A stretch of DNA of 64,000 nt, taken from NCBI RefSeq assembly GCF_009914755.1, contig NC_060928.1. One strand, 5' to 3'. This stretch comes from the human T2T-CHM13v2.0 reference genome, Homo sapiens. Position numbers and translations under genes: made by a program. Position 1 is the stretch's first letter. Every line of letters starts with the position of its first letter. The notes under the pieces are model-generated. The model was not told where the DNA came from and ran no database searches. It worked only from the letters and a program-made list of their open reading frames with translations. Positions 1 to 13,956 of the stretch are shown here, piece after piece.

Positions 1-12
1 AGTCTATTTATA

Positions 13-120
13 GGTGTGGTCATAGCACACTATATCCTTGAACTCCTGGACTCAAGGGATCCTCCCACTTCAGCCTCCCATGTACCTGGGACTATAGGAA
101 CATGTCATTGTGCCCAGCTA
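13..120 (-). mobile_element. Old Alu monomer (FLAM/AluJ-like) fragment
   Basis: 'gaactcctggactcaagggatcctcccacttcagcctccc...gggactatagg...gtgcccagc' is the reverse complement of an Alu monomer. Confidence 0.8.
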
Positions 121-244
121 GTCTTGAAGTTTCTTTAAAGACTACTACATTTTTAGTGGATGACACCATTGAGGTTTCCAACCTTATTTCTATGTTTATC
201 AACATTATGATTGTGTTTCACTCAAGACAAGCAAAGAGTGGTGT

Positions 245-530
245 AGTGGACCAATGTGCTCCATGACCTATTTTTGCATAGTCCATGAGCTAATGATGAT
301 TTTTACAATTTTAATTGCTAAAGAAAGAGAATATTTTGTGACACATGAAAATTATATGAAATCAATATTTGAGTGCCGTTTAAAACATACTCACACACTT
401 AAGTTTTGTGCGTGCCTGCTTTAGTGCAGCAATGGCCCAGTTGAGTAGTTGCCAACAGAAACCATAGAGTCTACAAAGTCATATACTTTATACTATCTGG
501 CTCTTTACTGAAAAAATTTACAGATCCATG
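245..530 (+). mobile_element. MER58B-like hAT-Charlie DNA transposon
   Basis: Motifs 'gtgacacatgaaaattatatgaaat', 'agttgagtagttgccaacaga' and 'tactatctggctctttactgaaaaaattt' match the remembered MER58B consensus. Confidence 0.75.
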
Positions 531-1973
531 ATCCAGAATATTAGATATGGTCTGATCAACATATTAAGAATGATTTCACTGATCATATCACTGCTCAAAA
601 ATGTCAATCCATCTATTATGTTTAATATAGAATTAAACAAAAGGTGAGCACTGACTGGTATTATTATTTCTTATTTGTTTTTGTTTTTTGTGTGTGTGTT
701 TTCTGGGATGTAAGTCACACAGATGGCAAATGAAATTCAAACAAGCACTTTATTCCAAAGAACATATCCTGGAGTGAGGAGGCTCTAAAGCTCTAGTTAT
801 TCTAGAAAATTTTCATGTAACTTGTGTAAATCACTTTGCTGACTAGGAACTCATTTTTTTTTCTATTTATGGTCAAATAACCACTAGCCTTATATTAAAA
901 TCTAAAATTCTAGAATTTAAATTCAGTAGGTTTTTAATTTTCCTTACCAAAGCTTCCCTCATCATCTTAAACTTAGTATTTTATTCAATGTCAAAATTTA
1001 AAAAAAAGTTGCTAAATATTAAGATATACATATTTTTAAAACTTAGTCTTCAACTATTTAAAAGTAGTCTTTATGATTTTTAAATTTAGTTGACCAGAAT
1101 TTTCTTTGAAAAGTGATAGAAATACAGTGAATTAATTTTTTGACACTGTGGCCTCCTGGCCTAGAAAATAGTAAATACAAAGCATAGCTTTTTTTCTTTA
1201 TACTTCATGGCTTCCTTTCATATTCTAAATATTTCTAAAGTTACTATGCTTTATTGAAAGCTGTCTGAGTCTAGTGTTTTTGTTTCCATAATATAATTGG
1301 AGAAATGTTGAGAAAAACAAGGAGAAAACTGGTACACATTACATTTCTTTGTGTCCTTGTAGACATTTTTTGTCCTTTTCAATTTTTGATCCCAAAATAA
1401 ATTTGTCCATGTACATACACATTTGAGTGAAAAGACTGATGAAGGACAAAAGGATTTGAATCCAAAGAAACAGGACAGTGCAATAAGTTGTGAAAAATTA
1501 GGGCAGTATGGGAGGCAGGAAAAAATTAGGGCACTGCAATTCAGAGATAGGGAGAAGTAGAGGGCAAGGAATAGCATACTATGACAGGTGAAGAATGAGC
1601 TGGGTCTACACATTATAAAGAGGGAAGATGGAGCACATGGATAGGGAGGAATAATCATATGAACATCTGCTTACTCAAAATAAGTTGTCAATACCCCAAA
1701 GGTGAGATATAAAACAAAACAAGAAAAACGGCAGTGGAAGGGTTCCAGATTGCTTATGAAAAATTTAAGAGATGTTAGGAAGATGAAATAAATTTATCTT
1801 TTCCTGAAAAAATAGACCTAGTTTGTCTTTGGGTGCTTCCTTCTTCGTTATGTTCCCAAATCTTAATTTACTTTGTAAAATTATAATAGATTTTTAAAAA
1901 AACATAACCTATTATACACACTGGATTTTATTTTGTAACTACCATAGTTTTAGTCTAAATAAGTACTATTCAA

Positions 1974-2299
<326 letters not shown>

Positions 2300-4349
2300 C
2301 TAATCAAAAAGAAGTTCACATAATCCCATAAAGTAATCCCTGATTACTTTAAAACCTACAAAACAAATAGTGATATACAGCTACATGATTAAATATTCAA
2401 ATATTTACAAAATAATAATGCAAACATTTACATATATGAATGTAAAATTTAAGGCCCCTAATTAAAGTTTGAATTGTCACAACTCATTTTTACTTTATTT
2501 TCCTAAAATTCATATTTCAAAATATGTTGACAAAATTAAACAAGTAAACAACAATCAACTCTCCGCCACAAAACAAGAACAACAACTACTGCTACTACAG
2601 AAAGAGGGGCTGAGTGCACTAGGTAATGTAGGATTTTTCCTAACAGTAATATCCATATAAATACATAAGCACTACATGAGAAACAGCAGTTTGAGGGAAT
2701 ACACATTTTCTCAGTGTGAGACAAATATCATTTACCAAATCCCAACCGACTTCATAGCTATTGAGAAGAAAACCAATAGAAACCAGCAAATGGTATCCAT
2801 TATCATGACGTGTTATAGCACAGTGTGCTCTGAATGTTGTTATTTACTTAGAATAATTTGTGCTCACATTCCTGTGAGCTACTGGATAATAACAGAAAGG
2901 TACTTCTTTTTTCTTACTACTTTAGAACACACAAAGTCTTTACCACTTCTGGAGGAATATTGATCCATAGTTTAAATGTGCAATCTGGCTCCAGATGTTT
3001 ATACTCAATTACTCATGTGTACAGAGGTGCATTTTTTAAAAGAACAAATGACAATCACAAGGATATTATCCAACTAAGATCAAAGAATAAGTTGTTACGA
3101 TATAGAAAAAATAAGGGAAATCACAAGGAGATTTCATTATGTTTCTTGTGGAAATGGAAATTCGCTCCTTTTTTGTTGTTCGAGGGTAAGCCCAGAGATA
3201 AATTCACTGGTTTTGTATCCTGAGGTGAATCTATCAAATATATGCTGTAGGTAGTAAAAGTAGGTTTGTTTTCAAAATTTCTTAACTACTATTTGTGTCC
3301 TTGTTTAGTGTAAGCCTTCCTATCCATCTCTGCCATGATGCTTTATTATTTTTTGTCAGAACCGCTCTTTCTGTATCCACTCATTTGACACAATTTATTC
3401 TCAAAATCTAATCTTAATTGCTTGTCAGGGACAAAAATCCCAAGAGAGTACCAACATTCCATAACAGTTTGTAAGCATTGGAGAATTCGAGTGTTTGTTC
3501 TGTTACTGAAAACTCCCCATAGAATTGGAAGTTAAATTTCTTGGAGGAAAATGCAGGTGACTTTATCATGAATCACTAAATTTATGCACTTCATTACAGA
3601 GAAAACAAGGATATTATTAAAAATGTAGTTATTATTATTAAAATTATTAATTTTCTCTAGAACTTGAATTAGTAGCATTTTTAAAAATCAGCTGTTCTAT
3701 TTACTATTTCTGATCAAGTCATTTTATATTATAAATACAGACAATGTATAAATTTCCTCTTTAAAAGACCATAATATGTCAAAATAATAAATAAGCACCT
3801 AGATTTCATTGGTGGCCAAATTTTATGCAATCTCTCTCAAGAGTATTTTTGTCTTTCTATCCCAGGAACCCAGCTATATTTTAAACCAAGTACCAAAGCC
3901 ACCTACACAAACCACCTGCTCATAACCAGGTCCCCAGGCTCAGCTCTCTCCTCCTTTTCTGGCCAAGCAGCTATCTTATATGTCTTGCTACGATCAATAA
4001 ACATATCTGTTGTCATTATCAAGAACACATATTCCTTCTTGGCCCTAAACTAGATATCAAAGAATAGATTATGCAAAACAGTGATATTCTTGAGTCTATT
4101 CACAGTTCAGAATCATCACTTTAGTCAGTCAAGACTTTCCCTTCTCCTCTCAGGATCATGGACATACTGACACAGCTGTTCAAGAAACACTATCCTTACC
4201 TTTGCTGTCTGATCCTTTTATGATTTATGGTTTGGGATTTCAGCTCTGATGTCGTTCATTAATTCCTTTATTCTAGTCACTTGTTCAGTTAAGAAAACCA
4301 TTTCCAGTGTCCTCTATGTACCAAACACTATCATGGTTCCTGAAACATA

Positions 4350-4570
4350 ACAATAATAGCCAAATTTATTGAGTGCTTACTATATGAACTAAAAACTTGA
4401 CTCTTATGTGTCATGATATACCTTGGAAAATCATACTATGTATCTGTTAATATTATGTCCATTTTAAAATAAATCAAATTGAGGCTTAAGGAAGTTAAAA
4501 AACTTAAGCAAGACTATACAGTAGAATTAGAATCAAGATACTAGAACCCCAGAGACCACATTCTTAACCC
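4350..4570 (-). mobile_element. MIR SINE, with an L2 3'-end fragment just upstream
   Basis: 'aataatagcc...tttattgagtgcttacta...ccattttaa...aaattgaggcttaaggaagttaa' is the MIR core in reverse. Confidence 0.65.
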
Positions 4571-5134
4571 TAAAATAAATAAATAAATGCAAATAATCAT
4601 AAAAAATGAATCTTCTGGTCTAGGAATTCTTATAATTTAGTGGTAGAAGTCAATAATCGTTAATTGCACTATAATTAGGCTAGCATAGACCTATGCACAT
4701 GCTGTTGTGGTCAGATATAAAATATGTGATAGCATATTTAGAGGAAAAATATTTTTAGATTGGTCACATCACTTCATTGTCTTGTTGCTTCCAGTATCTT
4801 TGAATAGATTATAGATTATTATGCAAGATAATACAAGAAAAAGTCCAATTTATCCATTAAGTTATTTATGTCCGTAGCATGATATTTGTTTTTTCGTCTT
4901 TTATAACTATCTGTGCTAATGGCTGGTGCATTCCACTATCCATTCACTTCTCAATTTTCTTTTTGTAACAAAGTAGAAGAATTTAATGTTCTTTATTAAT
5001 TAGCATTTATTAAATAAAATTACTTCTTCCAGCTTTGACTTAAAAATTTTAATTATTGTAAAATCAAGAAATAATTCCCATTAACTTACAACATGTTCTA
5101 TATCTGCAATCTATATTTTTAGAAGCTTCTCTTG

Positions 5135-6010
5135 ACCTCCTATCTGCCTTCAGGTACTGCCCTATTTTTTGTCACTTTTCACATGAAAACTCAAATAGTT
5201 GGCTGTAATCCATTTCAAGTTTCTGAATTTCTTTTCTTTGCTGAACTTGTGCCCCTGGAACTCCACTGAAGCTGTTCATGTATATATCACCACTGACCTC
5301 CTATTACAAAGAACAAAAGCCCTCTGTCTCTTCTCATCTTACATGCTCTCTCAGAATCACTCAGAAAAATTGAACAGCACCTCCTTCTTTAAACAGTAAA
5401 TTCCCTTGACTTATGTGATATTATGGATTCCTGATTTTCTTCCTGCTTTATTGATGTGTACTTCTGAGTTCCATTTTATGAATCCTTCCCTTTTTTTCAA
5501 CTTGTAAATATAGTGTATTTCAGGGATGTATTGTTCTTATGTTTCTTTTTTGTAACTTTGTACTTAATACACTATATCTCATGGTAATCTCATCCTGGCT
5601 GATACTTCTTGGGGATTGGTTCTAGGACTTCCCAGGGATGCCAAAATCTGCAAAGGCTCAAGTCTCTTATATAAAGTAGTGTAGTATTTGCATATAAATA
5701 CAATGCACATCTTCCTATATTCTTTAAATAATCTTTAGATTACTTATATTACCAATGAAATGTAAATGCTATGTAAATAGTTGTTATATAGTGTTGTTTA
5801 GAAAATAATGACAGGAAGAAAGTCTGTACACGTTCAGCCCAGATGGATTTTAAGATATTTTCAATCTGCTGTTGGTTGAATCCATAGATGTAAAACCCGG
5901 GGATATAAAGGGCTCACTGTATACCTATCTACATACCCATGATTCATAGATTGGTCTTCAGCCTTAAATTTTACCCTGAATTTCAAACTCATGTATGCTT
6001 ATACTTGTTT
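5135..6010 (+). mobile_element. L2 fragment interrupted by MER2
   Basis: 'ctccactgaagctgttc...tcaccactgacctcc...ctcatcttac' is typical L2; the L2 resumes after 5922. Confidence 0.6.
5600..5922. mobile_element. MER2 (TcMar-Tigger) DNA transposon
   Basis: 'ggggattggttctaggac...ccaaaatctgc...gctcaagtctcttatataaa' through 'ttggttgaatccatagatgtaaaaccc...agggctcactgta'. Confidence 0.8.
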
Positions 6011-7554
6011 CATTCATTCATTCATTATTCATTCATTTGATCATTATTTTGGCAAATATTCAAAATATTACAATTCAAACACTTTTGTGGGTATTTAGTT
6101 TTGAATAAGCCAGGCAAGGTCTCCACACACAGTTCCCTTTTTCTGAAATATTTCTGAAAAAATGAGTCAATATATGTGTTTTTGTGTTTGTATGTATGTG
6201 TATATATATGTATATGTGTGTGTATATATGTATGTATACATTTATATGGATATTTTGATGGTTATATGAAACTTCAGGCAATATAAAATACCAGACTCTC
6301 TGAAGGGCACTTTTGATGTAATGTGGCTATATTCTTCTTTTAGAAAATGTTTAAAATACTGCAACTAGAGAAAGACATCATCAAGATGACTGACTAGAGA
6401 TGCCCAGCACTCACCTATTCCACAAAGAGGTACTAAAACAGGAAGTAGATAATAACATGTGGAGTAGTGTTCTAAGGGAAAACACTGGAATTTAGCAAGA
6501 AAGTGAAAATGATTTTCTGAGACACAAAAACTTAAAAATGGCAGCAAATAGAGGGAGACAAAGCAGCCAGCTGGGATTGACTCTGAGAGAAGAAAAACAT
6601 TCCATTGTGGAGATAATGCAGCAGGAGATCCCTAGCAATGCACATTCCCTGCAGTCTTAGGTATGGAAGATCCCCTCAGTCCTCATAGTAGAGAACTCCC
6701 TGGAACTCACGTGACTCCATTAGTCCAGAGAGGGAATTCACACTGTAACCTCCCCATATCTAGGACCCATGCTGCTGCAGCACAGTGCTATTTTGAGAGT
6801 AGACTCCCACTAGACTACTTTCTGCCCTCAAAACCAAGAGCCCCTGCATCACCACATTCCTAGAGCCCCGCCAGAATCCCCTCACATCCACTCAGAGAGC
6901 TGCAGAGTCACAGTGCCAGCTGAACCCAGCAATGCAGCCACATTCCTGGTACATACAATACACTACATCCTGGGGAACAGGCAGTCCAGCACATGAGGGA
7001 AGCTGCTCCCAGGATATAAGGAACCAAAGTAACCACTTCCCACAACCTGCAAGCCACATGCTGGGACCCGGTGCTGGTAATAGCAACCTCATGCCCTCCA
7101 GTGGTAGGGTCATTACATGCCCATGACTGTTGCCCAGGAACATGAGGATCAGCCTGCACAGGTTACCACTGCTGGCAGCAACTGTGCATGTGCCCATACC
7201 TGCTGTCATTGGCAACCACATGCATGCACACCACTGCCACCACTGATGCCCACATGTGCCACCCAGGGGAGCAAGAGCTAGCCTACACAGGGACACTGCT
7301 GCCAGTGACAGTGCCCACATATGCCACCCAGAAGCCTGAGGACCTCTCTGTAAGGCTTTTTCCATCCCCCAAAATTCATACCACACCTTCCAAAAACAAT
7401 AACAGCCTAAGCCAATAACGAACTTGCAGATACCACTGAGAGATTACAGCAGAATAAATCATATAAAGAATCCATTACTGTGTCCACCCAGAACCAAAGC
7501 CAAAGCACGACTCAATCAACACTATAGCTACATCTACAGAAAAATGTCTTACCC

Positions 7555-9885
7555 TCTATTAGTCCATTCTCACACTGCTAATAAAGACATACCAAAGACT
7601 GGGTAATTTATAAAGGAAAGAGATTTAATTGAGTCACATTTCTGCAGGGCTAATGAGGCCTCAGGAAACTTACAATCATGGTGGAAAGAAATGCAAACAC
7701 GTCCATCTTTACATGGCAACAGCTAGAAGTACTGAGCAAAAAAAAAAGGAAAAGCCCCTTACAAAAATCATCACTTCTCATGAGAAATCACTATCACAAG
7801 AAAAGCAAGAGGGTAACTGCCATCATGATTCAATTACCACCCACTGGGTCCCTCCCACGACACATGGGGAACTACAGCTGAAGAGATTTGTTGGGGACAC
7901 AGCAAAACCATATCCAATTCCAACCTGGCCCCTCCCAAATCCCATGTCTTCACATTTCAAAACACAATCATGCCCTTCCAACAGTCCCCCAAAGTCTTAA
8001 CTCATTCCAGTATTAACTCAAAAGTTCAAGTCCAAAGTCTCATCTGAGACAAGGCAAGTCCCTTCTGCCTATAAGCCTGTAAAAGCAAAAGCAAGTTAAT
8101 TACTTCCTGGATACAATGGGGATACAGGCATAGGTAAATACACCCATTCCAAGTGAGAGAAATTGGCCAAAACAAAGGGGCTACAGGCCCTATGCAAGTC
8201 CAAAATCCAACAGGGCAGTCATTAAACCTTAGAATTCCAGAATGATCTCCTCTGATTACATGTCTCACATCCAGGCCTTGCTGATACAAGAGGTGGGCTC
8301 CCACATTGGTCAGCTTCACCCCTGTAGCTTTGCAGCATACACCCCAACTCCTGGCTGCCTTTACAGGCTGGCATTGAGTGGAGTGTCTGCAGCTTTTTTA
8401 GGGGCACAGTGCAGGCTATCAGTCCATCTAACATTCTAGGGTCTGGAGGATGGTGGCCCTCTTCTCACAGCTCCACTAGGCAGTGTCCCAGTGGGGACTT
8501 TGTGTGGGGGCTCCAACCCCACATTTCCTTTCTGCACTGCCCTAGCAGAGGTTCTCTATGAGAGTTCCACCCCTGCAGCAAACTTCTGTCTGGACATTCA
8601 GGCTTTTTCATACAGCCTCTGAAATCTAGGTGAAAGTTCCCAAACCTTAATTCTTGACTTCTGTGCACCTGCAGGCCCAACACCACATGTAAGCTGCCAG
8701 GGCTTGAGGCTTGCACCCTCAATAGCAATGACCTGAGCTCTACATTTGCCTCTTTTAGCCATGGCTGAAGCTGAAGTAGCTGGAATGCAGGGCACCATGT
8801 CCCAAGGCTGCTATACAGCAAGGGGCCCTGGGCCTGACCCAAGAAACCAATTTTCCCTCCTAGGCCTAAAGGCCTGTGATGGGAGGGACTGCCCCTGAAG
8901 GTCTCTGACATGCCCTGGAGACATTTCCTCATTGTCTTATTAATTAACATTCGGCTCCTTGTTACTTATGTAAATTTCTGCAGCTGACTTGAATTTCTCC
9001 TCAGAAAATGAAGTTTTCTTTTCTATCACATTATCAGGCTGCAAATTTTCCAAATGTTATGCTTTGTTTTCTCTTGAGTGCTTCACTGCTTAAAACTTTC
9101 TTCCCCCATACCCTAAATCATCTCTCTCAGGTTTAAAGTACCACAAACCTCTAGGGCAGGTACAAAATGCCATCAGTCTCTGTGCATAGCAAGAGTGACC
9201 TTTACTCCATAGTTCCCAACAAGTTCCTCATCTCCATCTGAGACCACCTCAGCCTGGACCTTATTGTCCATATCACTACGAGCATTTTGGTCAAAACCCT
9301 TCAACAAATCTGTAGGAGGTTCCAAACTTTCCCACATCTTCCTGCCTTCTGAGTCCACCAAGTCTCTAGGAAGTTCCAAATTTTCCCACATTTTTCTATG
9401 TTCTTCTGAGCCCTCCCAATTCTTCCAACCTCTGCTTGCTACCCAGTTCCAAAGTAGCTCCCACATTTTCAGGTACCTTTTTCAGTAGTGCCCCACTACC
9501 CAGTACCAATTTACTCTATTTGTCCATTCTCATGCTGCTAATAAAGACATACCTGAGAGTGGGTAATTTATAAAGAAAAGAGGTTTAATTAACTCCAGTT
9601 CCACAGGGCTGGGGAGGCCTCAGAAAACTTAAGATCATGGAGAAAGAGATAACAAACATATCCTTCTTCACATGGTGGCAGGAAGGAGAAGTGTCAAGGA
9701 AAAGGGGAACCAGCCCCTTATGAAACCATCAGCTCTCATGAGAACTTGCTATCACAAAAACAGCATGAGGGTAACTGCCCCTGTGATTAAATTACCTCTC
9801 ACGAACTCCCTCCCATGACATGTGGGAATTATGTGAACTAAAATTTAAGATGACATTTGGGTGGGAACACAGCCAAACCATACTA
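7555..9885 (-). mobile_element. Complete THE1D-type MaLR provirus: LTR 7555-7915, internal 7916-9514, LTR 9515-9885
   Basis: Two direct-repeat LTRs ('tctatt.gtccattctca...aaaccata'); typical THE1-int sequence between them; 5-bp TSD taccc (7550-7554) / tacct (9886-9890). Confidence 0.92.
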
Positions 9886-11069
9886 TACCTTATGAAAGCT
9901 AATCCATAAAATTAAAACTATCAACCATTATATCAGATGCATGGATATAACCGTATGGACTCAAACTTCATTAAAAACAGGAAGACATGAAAGCTGTAAA
10001 GTAATGCAAAAATTATCTACTAATATACCTTGAAGAAAGGAAATTTATAAAATGCTTGAAAGGGAATACAAAATAAAGATCTTAATGAAACTCAGATAGC
10101 AGAGAATATAGCCAGACAATGCAAAGAAATCAGGAAACCAATTCATAACCTAAATGAGACATTCAATAAAGAGACAGATATCATATAGAAAAGCCAAATG
10201 ACAATCCTGGAAGTGATGAATTCAATAAATCAAATAAAAATGCACTTGAGAGTTTCAGTAGACTAGACCAAACAAAGCAAAAAAAAAAAAAATCTGTTGA
10301 GAACAGGTCTTATGATATAACACAGTCAGATCAGTAAAAAAGAAAGGATAAGGGAATAAAAAGAATACAGAAATTCTACATGACATATGCGACACCATTA
10401 AGTGCAAAAATGTTTACTTTTTTTAATGTTCGAGAATGTGAAGAGATGAGAAAATACATAGAAAATCTATTTAATGAAATAATAGCTAAGAACTTAAGTC
10501 CTGAGAGAGAAATAGAGATCCAGATACAGATAGCTCAAATAAATCCAAAAATTTCAACCCAAATGGTCATCTTTCAGGCATATTGAAGTCAAACTGCCAA
10601 ACCTCAAATACACAAAGAAAATTTTCTAAAAATAGCAAAGTGTTAAGTCACATATAAGAAAATGCATATCAGACTAACATCAGATTTCTCAGCAGAAACT
10701 TTATAAACCAGAAGACAATGGGCTGATATATTCATCATCCTGGGGGTGGGGAGGGGGGTTAGGAAACACCTGTCAGCCAAAAATACCATGTGCAGAAAGC
10801 TATGCTTCATAAGAGAAAAAAAGTCTTTCTGGTACAAGCAAAAATGGAGAGAACTCATTGCCACTAGGCTAGCTCTAAAAGAGCCGCCACGTCTGGTAGC
10901 AAAAGGATGATATCTACTATAATGAAAACACACAAAAATATAAAATTCACTGGTAAAGCAGATACACAAATGAGAAAAAGAAAGGACTCAAACACTATTA
11001 ACTTCAGAGATAAATCAAACTGAAAAATTAGATATAAAGAGATGAATAAAGAAACAAAGGATATACAAG

Positions 11070-11240
11070 GAAAGAGAGAGAAAGCATTAGAGTAAATGGC
11101 TAATGCATGTGGGGCTTAATACCTAGGTAACAGGTTGATAGGTGTGGAAAACCATGATGGGAGAAGTTTACCTATGTAACAAACCTGCACATCCTGCCCA
11201 TGTACCCTGGGACTAAAAATAAAATTAAATAAAAAAAAGT
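11070..11240 (+). mobile_element. Short 3' end of an older L1PA (roughly L1PA10-16)
   Basis: 'gctaatgcatgtggggcttaatacctagg...tttacctatgtaacaaacctgcacatcctgcccatgtaccc' followed by an A tail. Confidence 0.85.
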
Positions 11241-11244
11241 AGAA

Positions 11245-11462
11245 TGAAAGAAAAAGAAAGAAAGAAGGAAAGAAGAAAGGAAGGGAGGGAGGGAGGGAGG
11301 AACGGAAGGAAGGAAGGAAGGAAGGAAAGAAGGAAGGAAGGAGGGAAGGAAGGAGAGAAGGAAAGAGAAAGAAAGAGAAAGCAAGAAAAAAGAAAAAGTG
11401 GGAGGGAGGAAGGAAGGATGGAAGGAAGGATGGACAGATGGAAGGAAGGAAGGAAGGAAGGA
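11245..11462. repeat. (GAAA/GGAA/GGGA)n polypurine microsatellite
   Basis: Directly visible; continuous with the L1PA poly(A) tail. Confidence 0.95.
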
Positions 11463-11737
11463 GAACTAACAATATGACAGGCATAAGTCCCACCTATCAA
11501 TAACAACGTTGAGTAAAAATGGTTTAAATTCTCCAATTAAAAGATAGAGATTTACTGAATCAATTAAAAAACAAGACCCAACTATATTCTGCCTACAAGC
11601 CACTCACTTCATCTATAAAAACAATCATAGAGAGAAGAGATGGAACATGATACTTTATACAAATGTAAACTAAAAATGTATAAAAATAGCTATACTGACA
11701 TCTGACAAAATAGACCTTAATTAAAAATGAAATATGA

Positions 11738-11824
11738 GAGCTTGCAGTGAGCCGAGATCCCGCCACTGCACTCCAGCCTGGGCGACAGAGCGAGACTCCG
11801 TCTCAAAAAAAAAAAAAAAAAAAA
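11738..11824 (+). mobile_element. 5'-truncated AluYa5-type element
   Basis: 'gagatcccgccactgc' (Ya5 diagnostic C), all CpGs intact, pure A tail, perfect TSD gaaatatgagag at 11729-11740 and 11825-11836. Confidence 0.88.
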
Positions 11825-11981
11825 GAAATATGAGAGACAAAAAAGTTCATTATATAATCAGAAAGTAATGAACTCACCAAGAGGATATAACAATTACAAA
11901 TATGTACGTACCCAACACCAGAGAATCTAGGCATAAAGCAAATATTATTAGGGCTAACAAGAAAGATCAAACCCAATAAAC

Positions 11982-12290
11982 TTTTTTTTCAGACAGAGTC
12001 TTGCTCTGTTACCCAGACTGGGGTGCAGTGGTGTGTTATAGGCTCACTGCAACCTCCACCTCCCGGGTTCAAGTGATTCTCCTACCTCAGCTTCCTGAGA
12101 AGCTGGGATTACAGGCACCTGCCACCACTCCCAGCTATATTTTTTTCTTTTCTTTTTTTTTTATATTTTTAGTAGAGATAGGGTTTCACCATGTTGGCCA
12201 GGCTGGTCTTGAACTCCAGACCTCAGGTGATCTGCCCGCCTCGGTCTCCCAAAGTGCTGGGATTACAGGCGTAAGCCACTGTGCCCAGCC
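11982..12290 (-). mobile_element. AluSx/Sz
   Basis: Full dimer in reverse with 'cctcaggtgatctgcccgcc'; TSD cccaataaa on both sides. Confidence 0.92.
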
Positions 12291-13583
12291 CCAATAAAAT
12301 ATTAATGGAAGAATTCAACATCCCACTTTTAGCATTGGACAGATCATCTCAATGGAAAATTAACAAAGAAACATAGAACTTAAACTGAACTATAGATCAA
12401 ATAGGCCTAACAGATATTCACAGAACATGCCATCCAGCATCTACAGAATGCATATTCTTCTCATCAGTACATAGAACATTTTGCAGAAGAGACCATATGT
12501 TAGTCCACACAAATCTCAAAAATTCTAAAAAATCAAAATCATATCAAGTCTCTTTTCAGAACACTATGGAATAAAACAAGAAATCAGCAACAAGAGGAAT
12601 TTTTAAACTCTACAAATACAGAGAAATAAAACAGCATGCTCCAAAGAAACCAGTGGGCCAATTAAGACATTAAGAAGAAAATTTAAAAAAACTTATTGAC
12701 ACAAATGAAAATAGAAATGCAGCATACCAAAACTGATGGAAAACAGGAACCACAAAAGACTCCAAAATGCTAAAGCAATCCTGAGTGAAAAGAACAAGCC
12801 TGAAGGCATTACACAACCTGGCTTCAAAATATACTACAAAGCTATATTAACCACAATAACATGGTATTGGTATAAAAACAGAAATAGACCAATTAAAAAG
12901 AACAGAGAACCTATAAATAAATTCACATATCATATTTATAGCCAACTTATTTTTGACAAAGTTTCCAGGAACATACATTTGGAAAAGGACAGTTTCTTCA
13001 ATGCATGGTGCTGGGAAAATTGGATATCCATGTGTAAAAGAATGAAACTACACCCCTATCTCTCACCACGTACAAAAATCAATGTAAAATCGATTAAAGG
13101 CTTAAATTCAAGACCCAAAACTATTCAACAACTAGAATAAAACAGAGGAGAAATCCTTCAGAACATTGATATAGGAAAATATTTTATAGATAAGACTACA
13201 AAAGCACAGGCAAAAAAAAAAAAAAATAGACAAATAGGAATATATCAAACTAACAAGCATCTCTCCAGCAAAGGTAACAATCAACAGAATGCAAAGACAA
13301 CCTGTAGAATGAGAACTATATTTTCAAAGTATTCGTCTGACAAGGGACTAATATTGGGAATATACAAGTGACTCAAGCAACTCAAGAGCAAATAATAATA
13401 ACATTCCCATTAAAAATGGGCAAACATTCTGAATAGATATTTCTCAAAAGATGATATACAAATGGCCAATGAGTATATGAAAAAAAAAATGCCCAACATC
13501 TCTAATCATCAGAAAAATGCAAACCAAAACCACAATGGACTATCATGTTATCCCAGTTAGAATGACTATTATCAAGAAGACAA

Positions 13584-13956
<373 letters not shown>

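Noticed and set aside
9309-9418. ~54-bp tandem duplication in THE1-int
   Set aside because: I recall the same duplication in many THE1C/D internal sequences, so it was probably inherited from the source element; check against Dfam.
8026-9488. Several 65-161-aa ORFs
   Set aside because: They are fragments of decayed THE1 internal sequence with no continuous ORF.
11116-11536. Four overlapping ORFs of low-complexity LPSF/KEGR peptides
   Set aside because: They are translations of the GGAA microsatellite.
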